Of a stretch of 64,000 nucleotides of DNA, positions 1 to 9,961 are shown piece after piece. The stretch is taken from positions 47,943-111,942 of the IMG/VR virus record IMGVR_UViG_3300026121_000008; one strand, given 5' to 3'. The notes beneath the pieces were generated by a model, which ran no database searches, had not been told where the DNA came from, and saw nothing but the letters and a program-made list of their open reading frames with translations. Position 1 is the stretch's first letter. Every line of letters begins with the position of its first letter. The position numbers were made by a program, and so were the translations under genes. Source of the stretch: a virus. Its lineage: Duplodnaviria; Caudoviricetes.

Positions 1-52
1 GACTGAAGCCGGGTTCAACGCCGCTGAATTTGGCTTCACTCGGTTGTAGCGC

Positions 53-1576
53 ATGGCCATCGCCTTTGTTGCCGGTGACACCGCCACCGGAGCCACGACT
101 GCCGCACTGAACTCTACAACGGCAAACTTCGCCATTGTGCAGGCGGGGTCATGGCCCAGTGCAGCGACCACGGTCACCGAAGGGGGTGGCTACTCGAATA
201 CGTGGACGGCCCTGACCGCCCTGAACAGTTCCAATCACTGTGAACGCATCTTCTATGCCTTCCTGACCAGTAAGGGCACAGGCCATACGTTCACTCACAA
301 CGGCGGGTCTCCGTGTGTGGCCGTCGCGCTGTTCAGTGGCGTACCCTCCGATGCGGGCATTGTAGACATCAAGCAGGCTCTGACGCTGGCTCCCGGCACC
401 GTCACGCCGAATGCCAATGGCCAGTTGATCGTGTCCGGGTGCATCTGCCAGAGCAGTGTGCAGACTGCCGTCAGTGGTGGATTGACTATCGTAGACACCC
501 CCGTAGGGGCGGGGGGTAACGTCGGCGGTAGTTTAGGGTATCTGATTCAGACCACGTCCGCCCCGGTAACCCCCGCATGGACCGGGGGATCAGGCGCGGT
601 GGCGACGACTTCTCTTGTCGTAGGGTCAGTGGCTCCACCTCCTCCGGATAGTCTCGTTGCGTTCATTGCTGCAGGCCCCGGTGCAACCGGGGGCACAACG
701 ACGGCCATCGACACGACTGGAGCTTCCCTCCTCGTGATCAGTACCTCTTTCTGGACCGGGGGAGGGGCCACGTCAACGACCGTCAGTGATTCCAAGAGCA
801 ATACGTGGATTCCAGTGTGGACGCAACCGGGGCAACCCGGCGGCGACATGGTGCAGCAGTTTTTCTACTGCTTTACCCCCACGGTCGGCACAGGCCATAC
901 GTTCACGGTGACCAGTCTCAGTGCGAGTGGCTATCCGTCTATTTTCGTGTTTGCCTTTTCGGGCATGACCGGTGGGGCGTATCAGACGCGCAGTGGGGCG
1001 GGTAATTTCGGGCAGGCGTCTCCTTTAGCGACAGGCAGTGTCACACCGAGTGTGAATGGAGCCCTTCTCCTGAGCGGGTTTGCGCCGAATATTGGGACGA
1101 TTACTGGGCTGGCCCTCACGCCTACGGGATTTACGCTCAAGAATCTCGCGGGGGTGGGAGGGGTCAACTTCCCCGGCACGACGGCGTACACCGTCCAAGC
1201 GACGGCAGCGGCCATCAACCCAACATGGGCATGGACGCATGGAGCCGTCAGTACTGCCGCTTCAACGGTGGTGTTTCTCCCTGCGCTTCCACCGTCCCCC
1301 GCACGAGTCTCCCAAGCGGTCGTAGAGACCCTCAGCTATCCCACGGCGGGAGCCCGTGTCTCCCAGATGGTGGTGGAGGCATTACTGTTTCCTGCCACTC
1401 CCGGACGGGTTTCCCAGTTCGTCGTGGAGACGTTAATTCTGCCCGACTCCCCAAGTCGCGTGTCCCAGATGGTCGTGGAAACGCTACAATTTGCCCCAGA
1501 ACCTCCCCCTACAGCAGGCGCAACCGCCAATGCCCTCTGGATGGGCGACAGCGGGGGAATCATCTGGATCGACTGA
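53..1576 (+). CDS. Virion structural/fibre-associated protein with a duplicated beta-rich domain and C-terminal 17-aa repeats
   Basis: G/T/A/S-rich; two copies of a SNTW...GTGHTFT...GxVTPxxNG domain; four RVSQxVVE repeats. Confidence 0.6.
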   Translation: MAIAFVAGDTATGATTAALNSTTANFAIVQAGSWPSAATTVTEGGGYSNTWTALTALNSSNHCERIFYAFLTSKGTGHTFTHNGGSPCVAVALFSGVPSDAGIVDIKQALTLAPGTVTPNANGQLIVSGCICQSSVQTAVSGGLTIVDTPVGAGGNVGGSLGYLIQTTSAPVTPAWTGGSGAVATTSLVVGSVAPPPPDSLVAFIAAGPGATGGTTTAIDTTGASLLVISTSFWTGGGATSTTVSDSKSNTWIPVWTQPGQPGGDMVQQFFYCFTPTVGTGHTFTVTSLSASGYPSIFVFAFSGMTGGAYQTRSGAGNFGQASPLATGSVTPSVNGALLLSGFAPNIGTITGLALTPTGFTLKNLAGVGGVNFPGTTAYTVQATAAAINPTWAWTHGAVSTAASTVVFLPALPPSPARVSQAVVETLSYPTAGARVSQMVVEALLFPATPGRVSQFVVETLILPDSPSRVSQMVVETLQFAPEPPPTAGATANALWMGDSGGIIWID

Positions 1577-1604
1577 TTGCACTTGGTTGCAAAGGAGTTG
1601 CCTC

Positions 1605-1991
1605 ATGGCGTTGGTGCAACCCGTGGACGTCTATACCCCTCCGGCCCATTGCGTGGCCCTGACCCGGTACTTCTTCACGGTCACGGAGCGTCCGGACGCT
1701 GTCCTGTCCGTCCAACTCCACCGGGCGGAACGCATCGTGGACCGGGTGGTGGCCCGTCCGCTCCTCCCCACCCAGCGGGAAGCTCTCATCTGTCTGGTGT
1801 CGGATCTGGAGTCGGTCCCGGCCTTCGAGAAGTCCTTCCTTGTGACCGCGCTCAACAAGGGGATGTTCCAGATCGCGGCGGCAGAGTTCCCGATGTTCTG
1901 CTATCAGGACGGCAAGGTGCAGACCCGACTCTGGGAGAAGAGACGGGCCGAAGCGTTCCTGTTCAGTCGAGGAAAGTTGCTGTTTGACTAG
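1605..1991 (+). CDS. Degenerate phage lysozyme (GH24)-like protein
   Basis: TQREALICL...LVTALNKG...AAAEF...DGKV...RRAEAFLF resembles the C-terminal lobe of P21/T4-type lysozymes; AAGGAG RBS upstream; no catalytic E-x8-D-x5-T visible. Confidence 0.55.
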   Translation: MALVQPVDVYTPPAHCVALTRYFFTVTERPDAVLSVQLHRAERIVDRVVARPLLPTQREALICLVSDLESVPAFEKSFLVTALNKGMFQIAAAEFPMFCYQDGKVQTRLWEKRRAEAFLFSRGKLLFD

Positions 1992-1994
1992 GAC

Positions 1995-2023
1995 TTGACA
2001 AATAGTTTTTCCTCTGTCATACT
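1995..2023 (+). promoter_or_regulatory. sigma70-type promoter
   Basis: TTGACA-17 bp-CATACT upstream of the AAA gene. Confidence 0.7.
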
Positions 2024-2050
2024 GCGCGGGTCCAATGGAGTGCCCGAACC

Positions 2051-3268
2051 GTGTTTGATTTTGCGACGGCCTTTAAGGCCCATCTGCCGTTTATCGCGGT
2101 CAGGACGGACGACCCGGTGCATGTGAAAATCATGCTCCAGCATCTGTCTGGGAAGACCCTGCAGCCTCTGCCCATGGCCAAGCAGGCCACGGTGGGTGAT
2201 AGTTATTTGTGGTGGACGGAAGACCTGTCCCAAGTCACCACAGAGATGTATCGGAAGCTCTGTGCGGCAGCAGCTAGCTGTGCGGTCATCAACCCGGACA
2301 AGCCCTCCCCGCTGGTGTACGACACGGGCATCCTCTCGACCCCGTCCGTGTTCTACCGGCAATATCTGAAGGAGTTCGTAGCCCCGGAGCAGATCGAGCC
2401 CGTGGTCATGCAGTTGAAGGGTCTGTCCCTCAAAGCGGCTCAAGAGGTGGTCCAACTGACCATGGCCCGAACCGGGTCCATCGCGCCCCACGAGGTCCGC
2501 AAGACCCGGCAGATGATGGGCGGGGAGACCCCCGGCTTGACGACGCTGGAGACGGAGTACGACTTCTACGAGTGGCCGGAGAGCCTGAAGAACTGGCTCG
2601 ACCTGAACGACAGCTACTTTCTGGATCTGAACACGCCGATGCAATTAGTGCCACGGGGCCTGCTGTTAGCCGGTGACCCCGGTGTCGGCAAGTCCATGGC
2701 GGCACGGGTGTTGGCCAAGCACTGGGATGTGCCCCTGTTCCGTCTCGACGTCTCCACGTCCCTCAACCGCTATCTGGGCGAGTCGGAATCCCGTATCGCC
2801 CGCAACCTGAACGTCATCGAGCAGAATGCCCCGTGCGTGTGGCTCCTTGATGAAGCTGAGAAGCTGTTCGCCACGAACGGGGATGAGGGAACGACGCAAC
2901 GCATCCTGTCCCAGATGCTCTGGTGGCTGCAGGCTCACACCTCACGGGTGCTGACCATCATGACCACCAACAACCTGTCGATCCTTCCCAAGGAACTGTA
3001 TCGGGCGGAGCGACTGGATAAGGTGCTCCATCTGGAGAAGCTCTCCCTCTCTGCCGCCAAACTGTTTGCGGCCAAGGTGTATCAATCTGTCACAGGTGAC
3101 CTCATGCCGAAGAAGCGGCAGCGGCTGCTCCAAGAGGAGTTGGACCGAGGGGACAAGGGCACCTACTCCCATGCCGAAGTGCGCGTGTTGGTGTATGAGA
3201 GTATCAAAGAGAACGGATGGATGGTGAAGGAAACCGGGCCACTTGACATGGCTTTGCCCAAGGTGTAG
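2051..3268 (+). CDS. AAA+ ATPase (Ycf46-like)
   Basis: Walker A GDPGVGKS, Walker B WLLDEAEK, YLGESE, MTTNN sensor. Confidence 0.85.
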   Translation: MFDFATAFKAHLPFIAVRTDDPVHVKIMLQHLSGKTLQPLPMAKQATVGDSYLWWTEDLSQVTTEMYRKLCAAAASCAVINPDKPSPLVYDTGILSTPSVFYRQYLKEFVAPEQIEPVVMQLKGLSLKAAQEVVQLTMARTGSIAPHEVRKTRQMMGGETPGLTTLETEYDFYEWPESLKNWLDLNDSYFLDLNTPMQLVPRGLLLAGDPGVGKSMAARVLAKHWDVPLFRLDVSTSLNRYLGESESRIARNLNVIEQNAPCVWLLDEAEKLFATNGDEGTTQRILSQMLWWLQAHTSRVLTIMTTNNLSILPKELYRAERLDKVLHLEKLSLSAAKLFAAKVYQSVTGDLMPKKRQRLLQEELDRGDKGTYSHAEVRVLVYESIKENGWMVKETGPLDMALPKV

Positions 3269-3271
3269 ACT
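3243..3271 (+). promoter_or_regulatory. sigma70-type promoter
   Basis: TTGACA-17 bp-TAGACT. Confidence 0.65.
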
Positions 3272-3309
3272 GCTCGAATCGGATCACATTTGATCCCCAA
3301 TGGAGTGTT

Positions 3310-3897
3310 ATGGAACCGTTACGGTACTTCGGCTCAAGCAATCAGTACGTGGATTTTGCCATCCGTGGTGAAGGGGAATTCCTCGGCGTCGGCGTGGATT
3401 ACGCCAAACATCCGTCCGGGGTGGGGTGTTTTGTCGTGCGCTTCGTGGCGCACGGTGCCGCCAACCCCTTGGAATTCAAGCACTTGTCTTATCGGGAACC
3501 GGCCCAGTTCGTCATTCCGAGTGGCACTATGCCCGAGTTGTTCGAGGGCTTCCGCCTCGACAAGGTGGCGTTCGGCGTCTTCGAGCCTGCCGTGCAGAAG
3601 CGGGAACTCGACTTCTTCGCCACCAAGTATGGCGTCTGGAGCCTGCTGACGAACTGGATCGCGGATCAGGCCATGCTCGAAGGCTTCACCGTCGTGGTAG
3701 ATCTCGAAAAGGAGATCAAGTCCCTCTTGATCGCCCGTCCCTCGAACGTGGACGAGGTGACCTGTGTCCTGCGGTTCCCGGATTTGACGTCGCCCGAATA
3801 CCGGGCCAGCCTCAAGCCCGTGGTCAAGCCAGAGCCGGAAGAGGATGAGGACGACAACGGCGACGAACCCCCGCCTACGAAGGGCTGGACGAACTAA
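3310..3897 (+). CDS. Hypothetical protein with acidic C-terminus
   Basis: GGAG RBS, promoter upstream, phage-like codon usage. Confidence 0.7.
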   Translation: MEPLRYFGSSNQYVDFAIRGEGEFLGVGVDYAKHPSGVGCFVVRFVAHGAANPLEFKHLSYREPAQFVIPSGTMPELFEGFRLDKVAFGVFEPAVQKRELDFFATKYGVWSLLTNWIADQAMLEGFTVVVDLEKEIKSLLIARPSNVDEVTCVLRFPDLTSPEYRASLKPVVKPEPEEDEDDNGDEPPPTKGWTN

Positions 3898-3927
3898 CCG
3901 GACCATCAAGGTCCACAAGGAGTGTGC

Positions 3928-4278
3928 ATGAAGAAACTAGAGACGCGGGACGACCTGAGAGCGTTCGTGGACGGGCTGTTGAAGGCGGTGGAACACCATG
4001 CCGCCAACATCAAGGCACAGGTGCATGACCTGATTGTCAACATCACCCGCTATGCCGAAGACTGGGAGGCCCGGACGTGGAAGAACCGTCTGATGGCCAA
4101 CGTCTGGGTGACGATGAACGGGCAGCGGTATGCCTTCGTGGGCGTCCGGGTAGCCAAGAACAACTACAAGGTCGTCGTCCATCGGAAGAACGCCAATGGC
4201 CCGGTGATCACGGAGGTTACGGACCAGACGTCCTCCGAAGCCATCGAAGTCCTGTTCAAGGTACTGAAAGCCGACTAA
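3928..4278 (+). CDS. Hypothetical protein resembling the integron cassette protein VCH_CASS14 family
   Basis: HHAAN...NVWVTMNGQRYAF...GPVI...LFK pattern recalled from that family; AAGGAG RBS. Confidence 0.5.
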   Translation: MKKLETRDDLRAFVDGLLKAVEHHAANIKAQVHDLIVNITRYAEDWEARTWKNRLMANVWVTMNGQRYAFVGVRVAKNNYKVVVHRKNANGPVITEVTDQTSSEAIEVLFKVLKAD

Positions 4279-4283
4279 GAGCC

Positions 4284-5381
4284 ATGGCATCACAGAAGAT
4301 CGCCTTTTCTCCGAGTCTGATTCCCCTCGTCGGGGATGCGACTGCCGCCCTTGTCCTGTGTCAGATCATGTACTGGCACCAAGGGCGGCTGCGAGTTCCC
4401 CGCCACGGGAGGCTCTGGTTGGCCAAGTCTCGATTGGAGATGTGCGCGGAAACAGGGATTACGCTTGAACAATACAAGCGCATTATGCCATTATTGGTCC
4501 AGCGTGGACTTATCCTCATGGAGCGGGGGTTGTTCAACAACAAAGTGACCCCCCACATCCGGCTCACGGAGCTAGGATTTGCCACCATGAAAGAGCACTT
4601 GTTGGGAGATGACATCAAGCATCTGGCGGAGGTCTACTACAAACAATCGTTTGTAAATGGCTCCAATCCATTATTTGCTCTTAACTCCAATCTTATAACA
4701 GAGATTACTACAGAGAACACGACAGAGAGTGATAAATCAAAGGTCAAGAAATACGCCGAAAAAACCGGCGTAGATCCGGAAGAGAAAGATCAAGATCAAG
4801 AGATCCGGCAAGAGCAAGAGCACAAGGGAAAGACGATCAAGAACAGTGAAGATCCGAAGAAGAACAATATAGCCCCGAATTTGCACTTTCTGAGTGCAAA
4901 CGGTCAGCAGGAGCACGCGATGAAGGCCCACGAGATTCTGCAGGCGAAGGAACCCTCCCCACACGGTAGTCTCGTCGCCTATTGGAAATCCCGATGCCAC
5001 ACCGTCTCGGGAGAGTATCAGCATCACCTAACTGGGCAAGAGGGAGGACAATTGAAACACCTGTCCAAATTCTTGGGGGAGCAGACTCGCCCCGTCATCG
5101 ACTACGCCGTGACGAACTGGTGGAAGTTCGCCAGTCTGGCGGCGCTCAAAGCGGGCCTGAAGACGTGGCCCACGGCTCCGCACATCGGGTATCTCTTGAA
5201 GCACTACCATGTGGCGGTGAATTTGCTTATCCCCTTGGCGACAGCCTCTCCGATAGGAGCGGAGGAGGCGGCTCCAGTGCAACCAATTGCACTCGCTGGA
5301 GTGACGAGTAAGAAGAGAGGCCATCTGCGTTCGCCAGAGGAGTTGGCGGCGTTACTGGAGAAGGATCTCAAATCTCCGTGA
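4284..5381 (+). CDS. Replication initiator-like protein (N-terminal winged HTH)
   Basis: ALVLCQIMYW...WLAKSRLEMCAETGIT resembles phage replisome organisers; lies upstream of loader-like and DnaB genes. Confidence 0.6.
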   Translation: MASQKIAFSPSLIPLVGDATAALVLCQIMYWHQGRLRVPRHGRLWLAKSRLEMCAETGITLEQYKRIMPLLVQRGLILMERGLFNNKVTPHIRLTELGFATMKEHLLGDDIKHLAEVYYKQSFVNGSNPLFALNSNLITEITTENTTESDKSKVKKYAEKTGVDPEEKDQDQEIRQEQEHKGKTIKNSEDPKKNNIAPNLHFLSANGQQEHAMKAHEILQAKEPSPHGSLVAYWKSRCHTVSGEYQHHLTGQEGGQLKHLSKFLGEQTRPVIDYAVTNWWKFASLAALKAGLKTWPTAPHIGYLLKHYHVAVNLLIPLATASPIGAEEAAPVQPIALAGVTSKKRGHLRSPEELAALLEKDLKSP

Positions 5382-5935
5382 GGAGCAGGACCGTGATCAC
5401 AACTGGAAGCGTACTCGACGCGGTGGAACATTCTCGAATCATCCAAGATTTCGAGAACGTGTGTACGACGGCAGGGATTCAGGGACACTTTCTTCGTGAA
5501 CCCTTGGCGCAGTATTGCGGGGACGTCGAGGTAGACTGGGTGCGGAAATTCCGGAAGTATCGGGCCGAAGGTCTGCCCGGACTGGTCTTGGCCGGAGTGA
5601 AGCGTCCAGAAGTCCGGTGTCAGGCGATTGCGGCGGCATTCGTGCGGAACTATATCGACGCCCGCGTGACGCCGTTGAATACGATCATCGATAGCACTAT
5701 GGACGGGGGGCATCCGGCGTCTCCGACTGTGCTGCTGATTCCGAACCTCTACATGACGGTTCTGTCGGGGAAGTTCCCCGCATGGCGGGTGCAGGTCATG
5801 TATGACCTCCTGCTGGAGCGATCCATCAAGGAGAAGCCCACGGTGGTGTATGTCGAAACGCTGGAAGGCGTGGCCGGGTTGTATGGCACGCCGTTCCGGG
5901 AATTTTTGGACGGTTTCAAACTCGTGACGGAGTAA
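5378..5935 (+). CDS. DnaC/IstB-like helicase loader-like protein (degenerate P-loop)
   Basis: Position between initiator and DnaB; GLVLAG...VLLIPNL...YDLLLER...KPTVV follows the DnaC pattern but GKT is absent. Confidence 0.5.
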   Translation: MRSRTVITTGSVLDAVEHSRIIQDFENVCTTAGIQGHFLREPLAQYCGDVEVDWVRKFRKYRAEGLPGLVLAGVKRPEVRCQAIAAAFVRNYIDARVTPLNTIIDSTMDGGHPASPTVLLIPNLYMTVLSGKFPAWRVQVMYDLLLERSIKEKPTVVYVETLEGVAGLYGTPFREFLDGFKLVTE

Positions 5936-5937
5936 AC

Positions 5938-7224
5938 GTGGCGTATGGACTTGGCACCAAGGTGATTCGGCGGCTCTGTGAGGAACAGAGTTCGCTCCAG
6001 TGGTTCAAAGCAAAACTCCGGCCCGTGCTGTTCAAACCCTACGAACAAGATCTGTTCGAGTGGGTGTCGGACCATGTGCGGGTGCATCACACCCTGCCGC
6101 AACTGGTGACGATTGAAACCCAGTTCCCGGACGTGGCGGCAGTGGCGACCCCGGAACCGTCGAGCTACTACCTGCTGCAACTGGAGCAGCAGTACTGCTA
6201 CGAGCGGCTGAACAAGGCGAACCTCGATTCGCAAGCCATTCTGAAAGAGGACCAGACGGCGAACGAGGCCGCACTGGAGGTGCAACGGACGGCCTTGCGG
6301 GAGATTGTGGCGCAGAAGTTCCGGGCGCGGATTCTGGACGTGGGGAAGGAAGCGGGAGACTTGGTGCTCCATGCGTACCATCACACGCCGGAGTATGTCG
6401 CGGAGTTTGGGTGGCCCTATCTGGACCAGCAGTCCGGGGGCGTCATGCCGGGGGATGTCATCTCCTTCGTGGGACGGCCTGCCGCAGGCAAGACATGGTT
6501 GACCCTCTGGACGGCCCTCCACAACTGGGCCGGATTGAAGCTGAACGTCCTCTTCGCGTCCATGGAGATGGCGACACTCCCCGTCGCCCAGCGCATCACC
6601 TCGCTGTATACGCACCAGAACATTGCCCAGTTGAAGATGTCGGGGTATAGCCAGCAGACCATGGCGAAGTTCACGCATGGGTTGAAATTTTTTAAGCTGG
6701 AAGAAGCCAGCATGTATCTCGTGGACGCCAACCTTGCGACGAGCGCGGAAGACCTGTTCGACTTAGCCGAGATGCTGAAATGCAAGGTGATTTTTATTGA
6801 CGGGGCCTATCTGCTCCGGCACCAGAACCTCCGGCTGGACCGGTATACCCGTGCGGCGGAGAACGTCGAACTGATCAAGCGGTATTGTTCCAACCAAGAG
6901 GCCATGGCGTTTTGCTCGTGGCAGTTCAACCGCGAAGCCTCCAAGAAGCAGAAGAAGGGCAAGGGCGACCAAGGGGGCCTCGAAGACATCGGCTACTCGG
7001 ATGCCATCGGCCAGATTTCCAGCATTGCCCTCTCGCTGTATCAGGAAGACGGCATCGAGACCTTGAAGGAGCGGAAGGTGAAAGTCCTGAAAGGCCGGAA
7101 CGGGGAAGTGGGGCAGTTCTCGATTGCGTGGGATTTTACGGCGATGACGTTCAAGCAACTGAATCCCGCGCCGGAAGAAGCGGTGAAGGTGTTCGAGGAA
7201 CCGCAGGATGAGTTGTCGGTGTAG
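5938..7224 (+). CDS. dnaB: DnaB-like replicative helicase
   Basis: GRPAAGKT, SMEM, IFIDG, QFNR, SDAIGQ, KGRNG motifs. Confidence 0.9.
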   Translation: MAYGLGTKVIRRLCEEQSSLQWFKAKLRPVLFKPYEQDLFEWVSDHVRVHHTLPQLVTIETQFPDVAAVATPEPSSYYLLQLEQQYCYERLNKANLDSQAILKEDQTANEAALEVQRTALREIVAQKFRARILDVGKEAGDLVLHAYHHTPEYVAEFGWPYLDQQSGGVMPGDVISFVGRPAAGKTWLTLWTALHNWAGLKLNVLFASMEMATLPVAQRITSLYTHQNIAQLKMSGYSQQTMAKFTHGLKFFKLEEASMYLVDANLATSAEDLFDLAEMLKCKVIFIDGAYLLRHQNLRLDRYTRAAENVELIKRYCSNQEAMAFCSWQFNREASKKQKKGKGDQGGLEDIGYSDAIGQISSIALSLYQEDGIETLKERKVKVLKGRNGEVGQFSIAWDFTAMTFKQLNPAPEEAVKVFEEPQDELSV

Positions 7225-7233
7225 GGGGACGTC

Positions 7234-7569
7234 GTGTTACGGTTTCTGAAAAGTAGACTCACGCGCCACCCGTCATGGGTGTTGATCAAACGGCATCTGG
7301 AGATTCAGGCGTTACCGCCCCGGTGTGGGCGCACCCGGCTGGAGATTGATCGATCCCGGATTCCCCCAGACGAGCAACAGCAATTACTGGACATTGAGAT
7401 GCCGTGCGTGGCGTGTGGGCAGATGATTCATCCGGTGAAAAAGCGGGTGGGGTGGCGGACGTTGTATGTGCATGTGACGTGTGACGCGGATGTGAACAAG
7501 GGGTGTTCTCGGTCCAAAGCCGCACGCCGGGAAATTGATGCGATTGTTGTCGCGTTGTGGCAGGGGTAA
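7234..7569 (+). CDS. Hypothetical protein (Cys motifs)
   Basis: CVAC plus further Cys; operon position. Confidence 0.55.
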   Translation: MLRFLKSRLTRHPSWVLIKRHLEIQALPPRCGRTRLEIDRSRIPPDEQQQLLDIEMPCVACGQMIHPVKKRVGWRTLYVHVTCDADVNKGCSRSKAARREIDAIVVALWQG

Positions 7570-7798
7570 ACGGCATCCGCCACGGAGGGCCAATGAAATC
7601 CATGGGTGATCACACCGGGAAGTTGTCAGAACGGATCGAGGAAGAAATTCGTGTATTGTTGGAGTGGAGCAACATTCACGGACGCACGAAGCGGGCCGTG
7701 ATGGACCGGGTGCGGGAACTGCATGTCCGGGCCGTCGTAGAGAAGAAGTCCTCCCTGAAGTTGTTGAGACGTGGGGAACTGAAGGAGTCACGAGTCAC

Positions 7799-8287
7799 AT
7801 GGCATTGAAGATGCACACGAAAGTGATCACGGTCCCGGCTGAGCCGGTGGCGGTGATCGAGCCGCAGAAAGTCTTTGTGGAACTCCCCGACCAGACGGTC
7901 GTGGAGACGTTGACGGCGGAATACATCGACCTCTATCGGAAGTATGACTACTTCGAGGTCAAGGCCCTGCTGAAGCGGATGGACGAGATCAAAAAGCAGT
8001 TGCAGGCGGTGGCCAACGAGACGGTGGACGACCTGACCCCGGCGGTCTTCACCTCCCCAGAAGGGGACGTGGAGTTCTCACCGCGAGGCAAAAGTGTGGA
8101 GGTGCCAGACCCGCTGGGTCTCATCTACCAGTTGCTGGAGAAGTTTGGACCGGAGGTCACGGCCAGTGTCATCACCATCGCCATCACGCCCCTGCGGAAG
8201 GTGCTGAGCGAGTACGAATTGAAACCGCACTTGCAGGAGAAGCTGGGCTCCCGTACGCTACGAGCCGTGCGTCCGTTGCACGGGTAG
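7799..8287 (+). CDS. Hypothetical protein
   Basis: Clean ORF with MALK start in the operon. Confidence 0.65.
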   Translation: MALKMHTKVITVPAEPVAVIEPQKVFVELPDQTVVETLTAEYIDLYRKYDYFEVKALLKRMDEIKKQLQAVANETVDDLTPAVFTSPEGDVEFSPRGKSVEVPDPLGLIYQLLEKFGPEVTASVITIAITPLRKVLSEYELKPHLQEKLGSRTLRAVRPLHG

Positions 8288-8389
8288 GGCGCAGGCCGGT
8301 CACCGGATGACCCTCTGCGTGTGCGGGGGGCACCGGGATGTGGGGGGCGGGTCTGCGTCCTACTGTGCGACGGACCAGAGGAGGTCATC

Positions 8390-8566
8390 GTGATTAGCCT
8401 GTTGATCGTGCTCGTGATTGTGGGCGTGCTGCTCTACCTCGTGGAAACGTACGTGCCCATGGCTCCGCCTATCAAAGTCATCATCCGGGTCATCACGATC
8501 CTGTTGGTGGTCCTGTGGCTCCTGAAGGCGCTGACGGGCGAAGGCCCCGGTATCAATCTGCGGTAG
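8390..8566 (+). CDS. Small two-TM membrane protein
   Basis: LLIVLVIVGVLLYLVETYVPMAPPIKVIIRVI...; GAGG RBS. Confidence 0.65.
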   Translation: MISLLIVLVIVGVLLYLVETYVPMAPPIKVIIRVITILLVVLWLLKALTGEGPGINLR

Positions 8567-8568
8567 CC

Positions 8569-8796
8569 ATGGACGAGCAGATGTGCGGGTGGACCATCTA
8601 CCGCCACCCCCTCGATTTCCCCGACCATTACGTGGTGCGGCAGTGGTGGGTGCTGGAGGGCGGGGTCTTGGTTGCGAAACTCGTGGGCATCGTATGCCAC
8701 AGCTTGGAGGAGGCGCGGGAGCAGATCCCACCCTCCGCCATTTGCATTCCGAGAGAAGATGCGGACGACGCGGTGATAGTCGAAACCTATTTGTGA
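8569..8796 (+). CDS. Hypothetical protein
   Basis: WTIY..P.D.PD.YVVR...SLEEAR..IP...IVET, a common small phage protein pattern. Confidence 0.6.
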   Translation: MDEQMCGWTIYRHPLDFPDHYVVRQWWVLEGGVLVAKLVGIVCHSLEEAREQIPPSAICIPREDADDAVIVETYL

Positions 8797-9001
8797 GGTG
8801 TGAGATGGCGATTCCGAGACATGAGCAGTTGCTGAACTTCGTGCCGTCCTACCGGGCCGGGTATGTGTCATCCGGAGGCCGGGACGAAGACCTGAAGGAT
8901 GATGAAGAGGTCGTCAAGAAAATGGATGCCGTGAACGTCCAGACGGAAGCCCAAGCCGAGAAGGCGGGCCGGGACGAAGGGTTCAAGGTGCGACAGCAGA
9001 G

Positions 9002-9961
9002 ATGAGGGCCGATCAAGCCGTGGCCTTTTTGCAGGCCCTTCGAGCGAAGCAGATTCGCGTGAAAGAGAGCGGGTGGGTGGAGAGTAGTTGCCCACTCGCT
9101 CCATGGAATCATTCCAACCACCATGACCATCGGCCCAGCTTTGGGCTCAAAATTGCCCCCGGCAGTCGAAGCCACTTCCTGTGCTTCGCCTGTCGGCAGG
9201 GCAGTGCCGAAGCACTCCTCCATACCCTTGAACTGTACGCCAAGGGCACCGGCATTTACGACTTCGGGACGTGCCACCAGATCCTGATGGACGAGGAGTA
9301 TGTGGTGCCGCTCCCCCCGTTCGGGGAGACGCTGGCTCCGGAGCATGTCTTCAGCGAGTGGCCCGCATATTGGGTCGAAAACTTCACCCCCGCCACCTTT
9401 TCGCTGGAGGCGATGCTGTATCTGCAGGGCCGGGGTGTCTCGATGGAGACTGCCGAAGACTTTAACCTCCGGTATGACCAGAAGCGGTCGATGATCATCA
9501 GTCCCTACTGGGACGTGTATGGGCGACTGGCCGGGGGCCGGGGCCGATCTGTCCTGTCATCAAGTTCATTGAAGCATTACGATTACACGTTCCAAGGGGT
9601 GAACAACGCCCGGTTCGTCTGGTATAACGAGCCCGTCCTGAACCTTACGGGACCGGTGGTCGTCGTTGAAGGACAGTTCGATCTGTTCCGGACCATCCAA
9701 GCGTACCCGAAGGTTGTGGCCAACCTCACCGCGAAGCCTACCGCTGAGAAAATGAAGAAGCTCGGGGACAGCGGGACGGTCCTCCAGATTCCCGACCGGG
9801 ATGAAGCGGGCTACCAGAGCGTGGGGTACTACTCTCGGCACTGTCAGCAGCTAGGGCTGACGCACAAAGTCATCTGGCTCGATGAGGGCGTGAAAGACGC
9901 GGCAGAGTGTGCCTCTGAGTATCTGAAAGAAAAAATTTATCAGGCACTCAATTGCACTTGA
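9002..9961 (+). CDS. DNA primase (zinc-binding + TOPRIM)
   Basis: CP...H...CFAC zinc finger; VVVEGQFD; PDRDEAG; KD motif. Confidence 0.85.
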   Translation: MRADQAVAFLQALRAKQIRVKESGWVESSCPLAPWNHSNHHDHRPSFGLKIAPGSRSHFLCFACRQGSAEALLHTLELYAKGTGIYDFGTCHQILMDEEYVVPLPPFGETLAPEHVFSEWPAYWVENFTPATFSLEAMLYLQGRGVSMETAEDFNLRYDQKRSMIISPYWDVYGRLAGGRGRSVLSSSSLKHYDYTFQGVNNARFVWYNEPVLNLTGPVVVVEGQFDLFRTIQAYPKVVANLTAKPTAEKMKKLGDSGTVLQIPDRDEAGYQSVGYYSRHCQQLGLTHKVIWLDEGVKDAAECASEYLKEKIYQALNCT

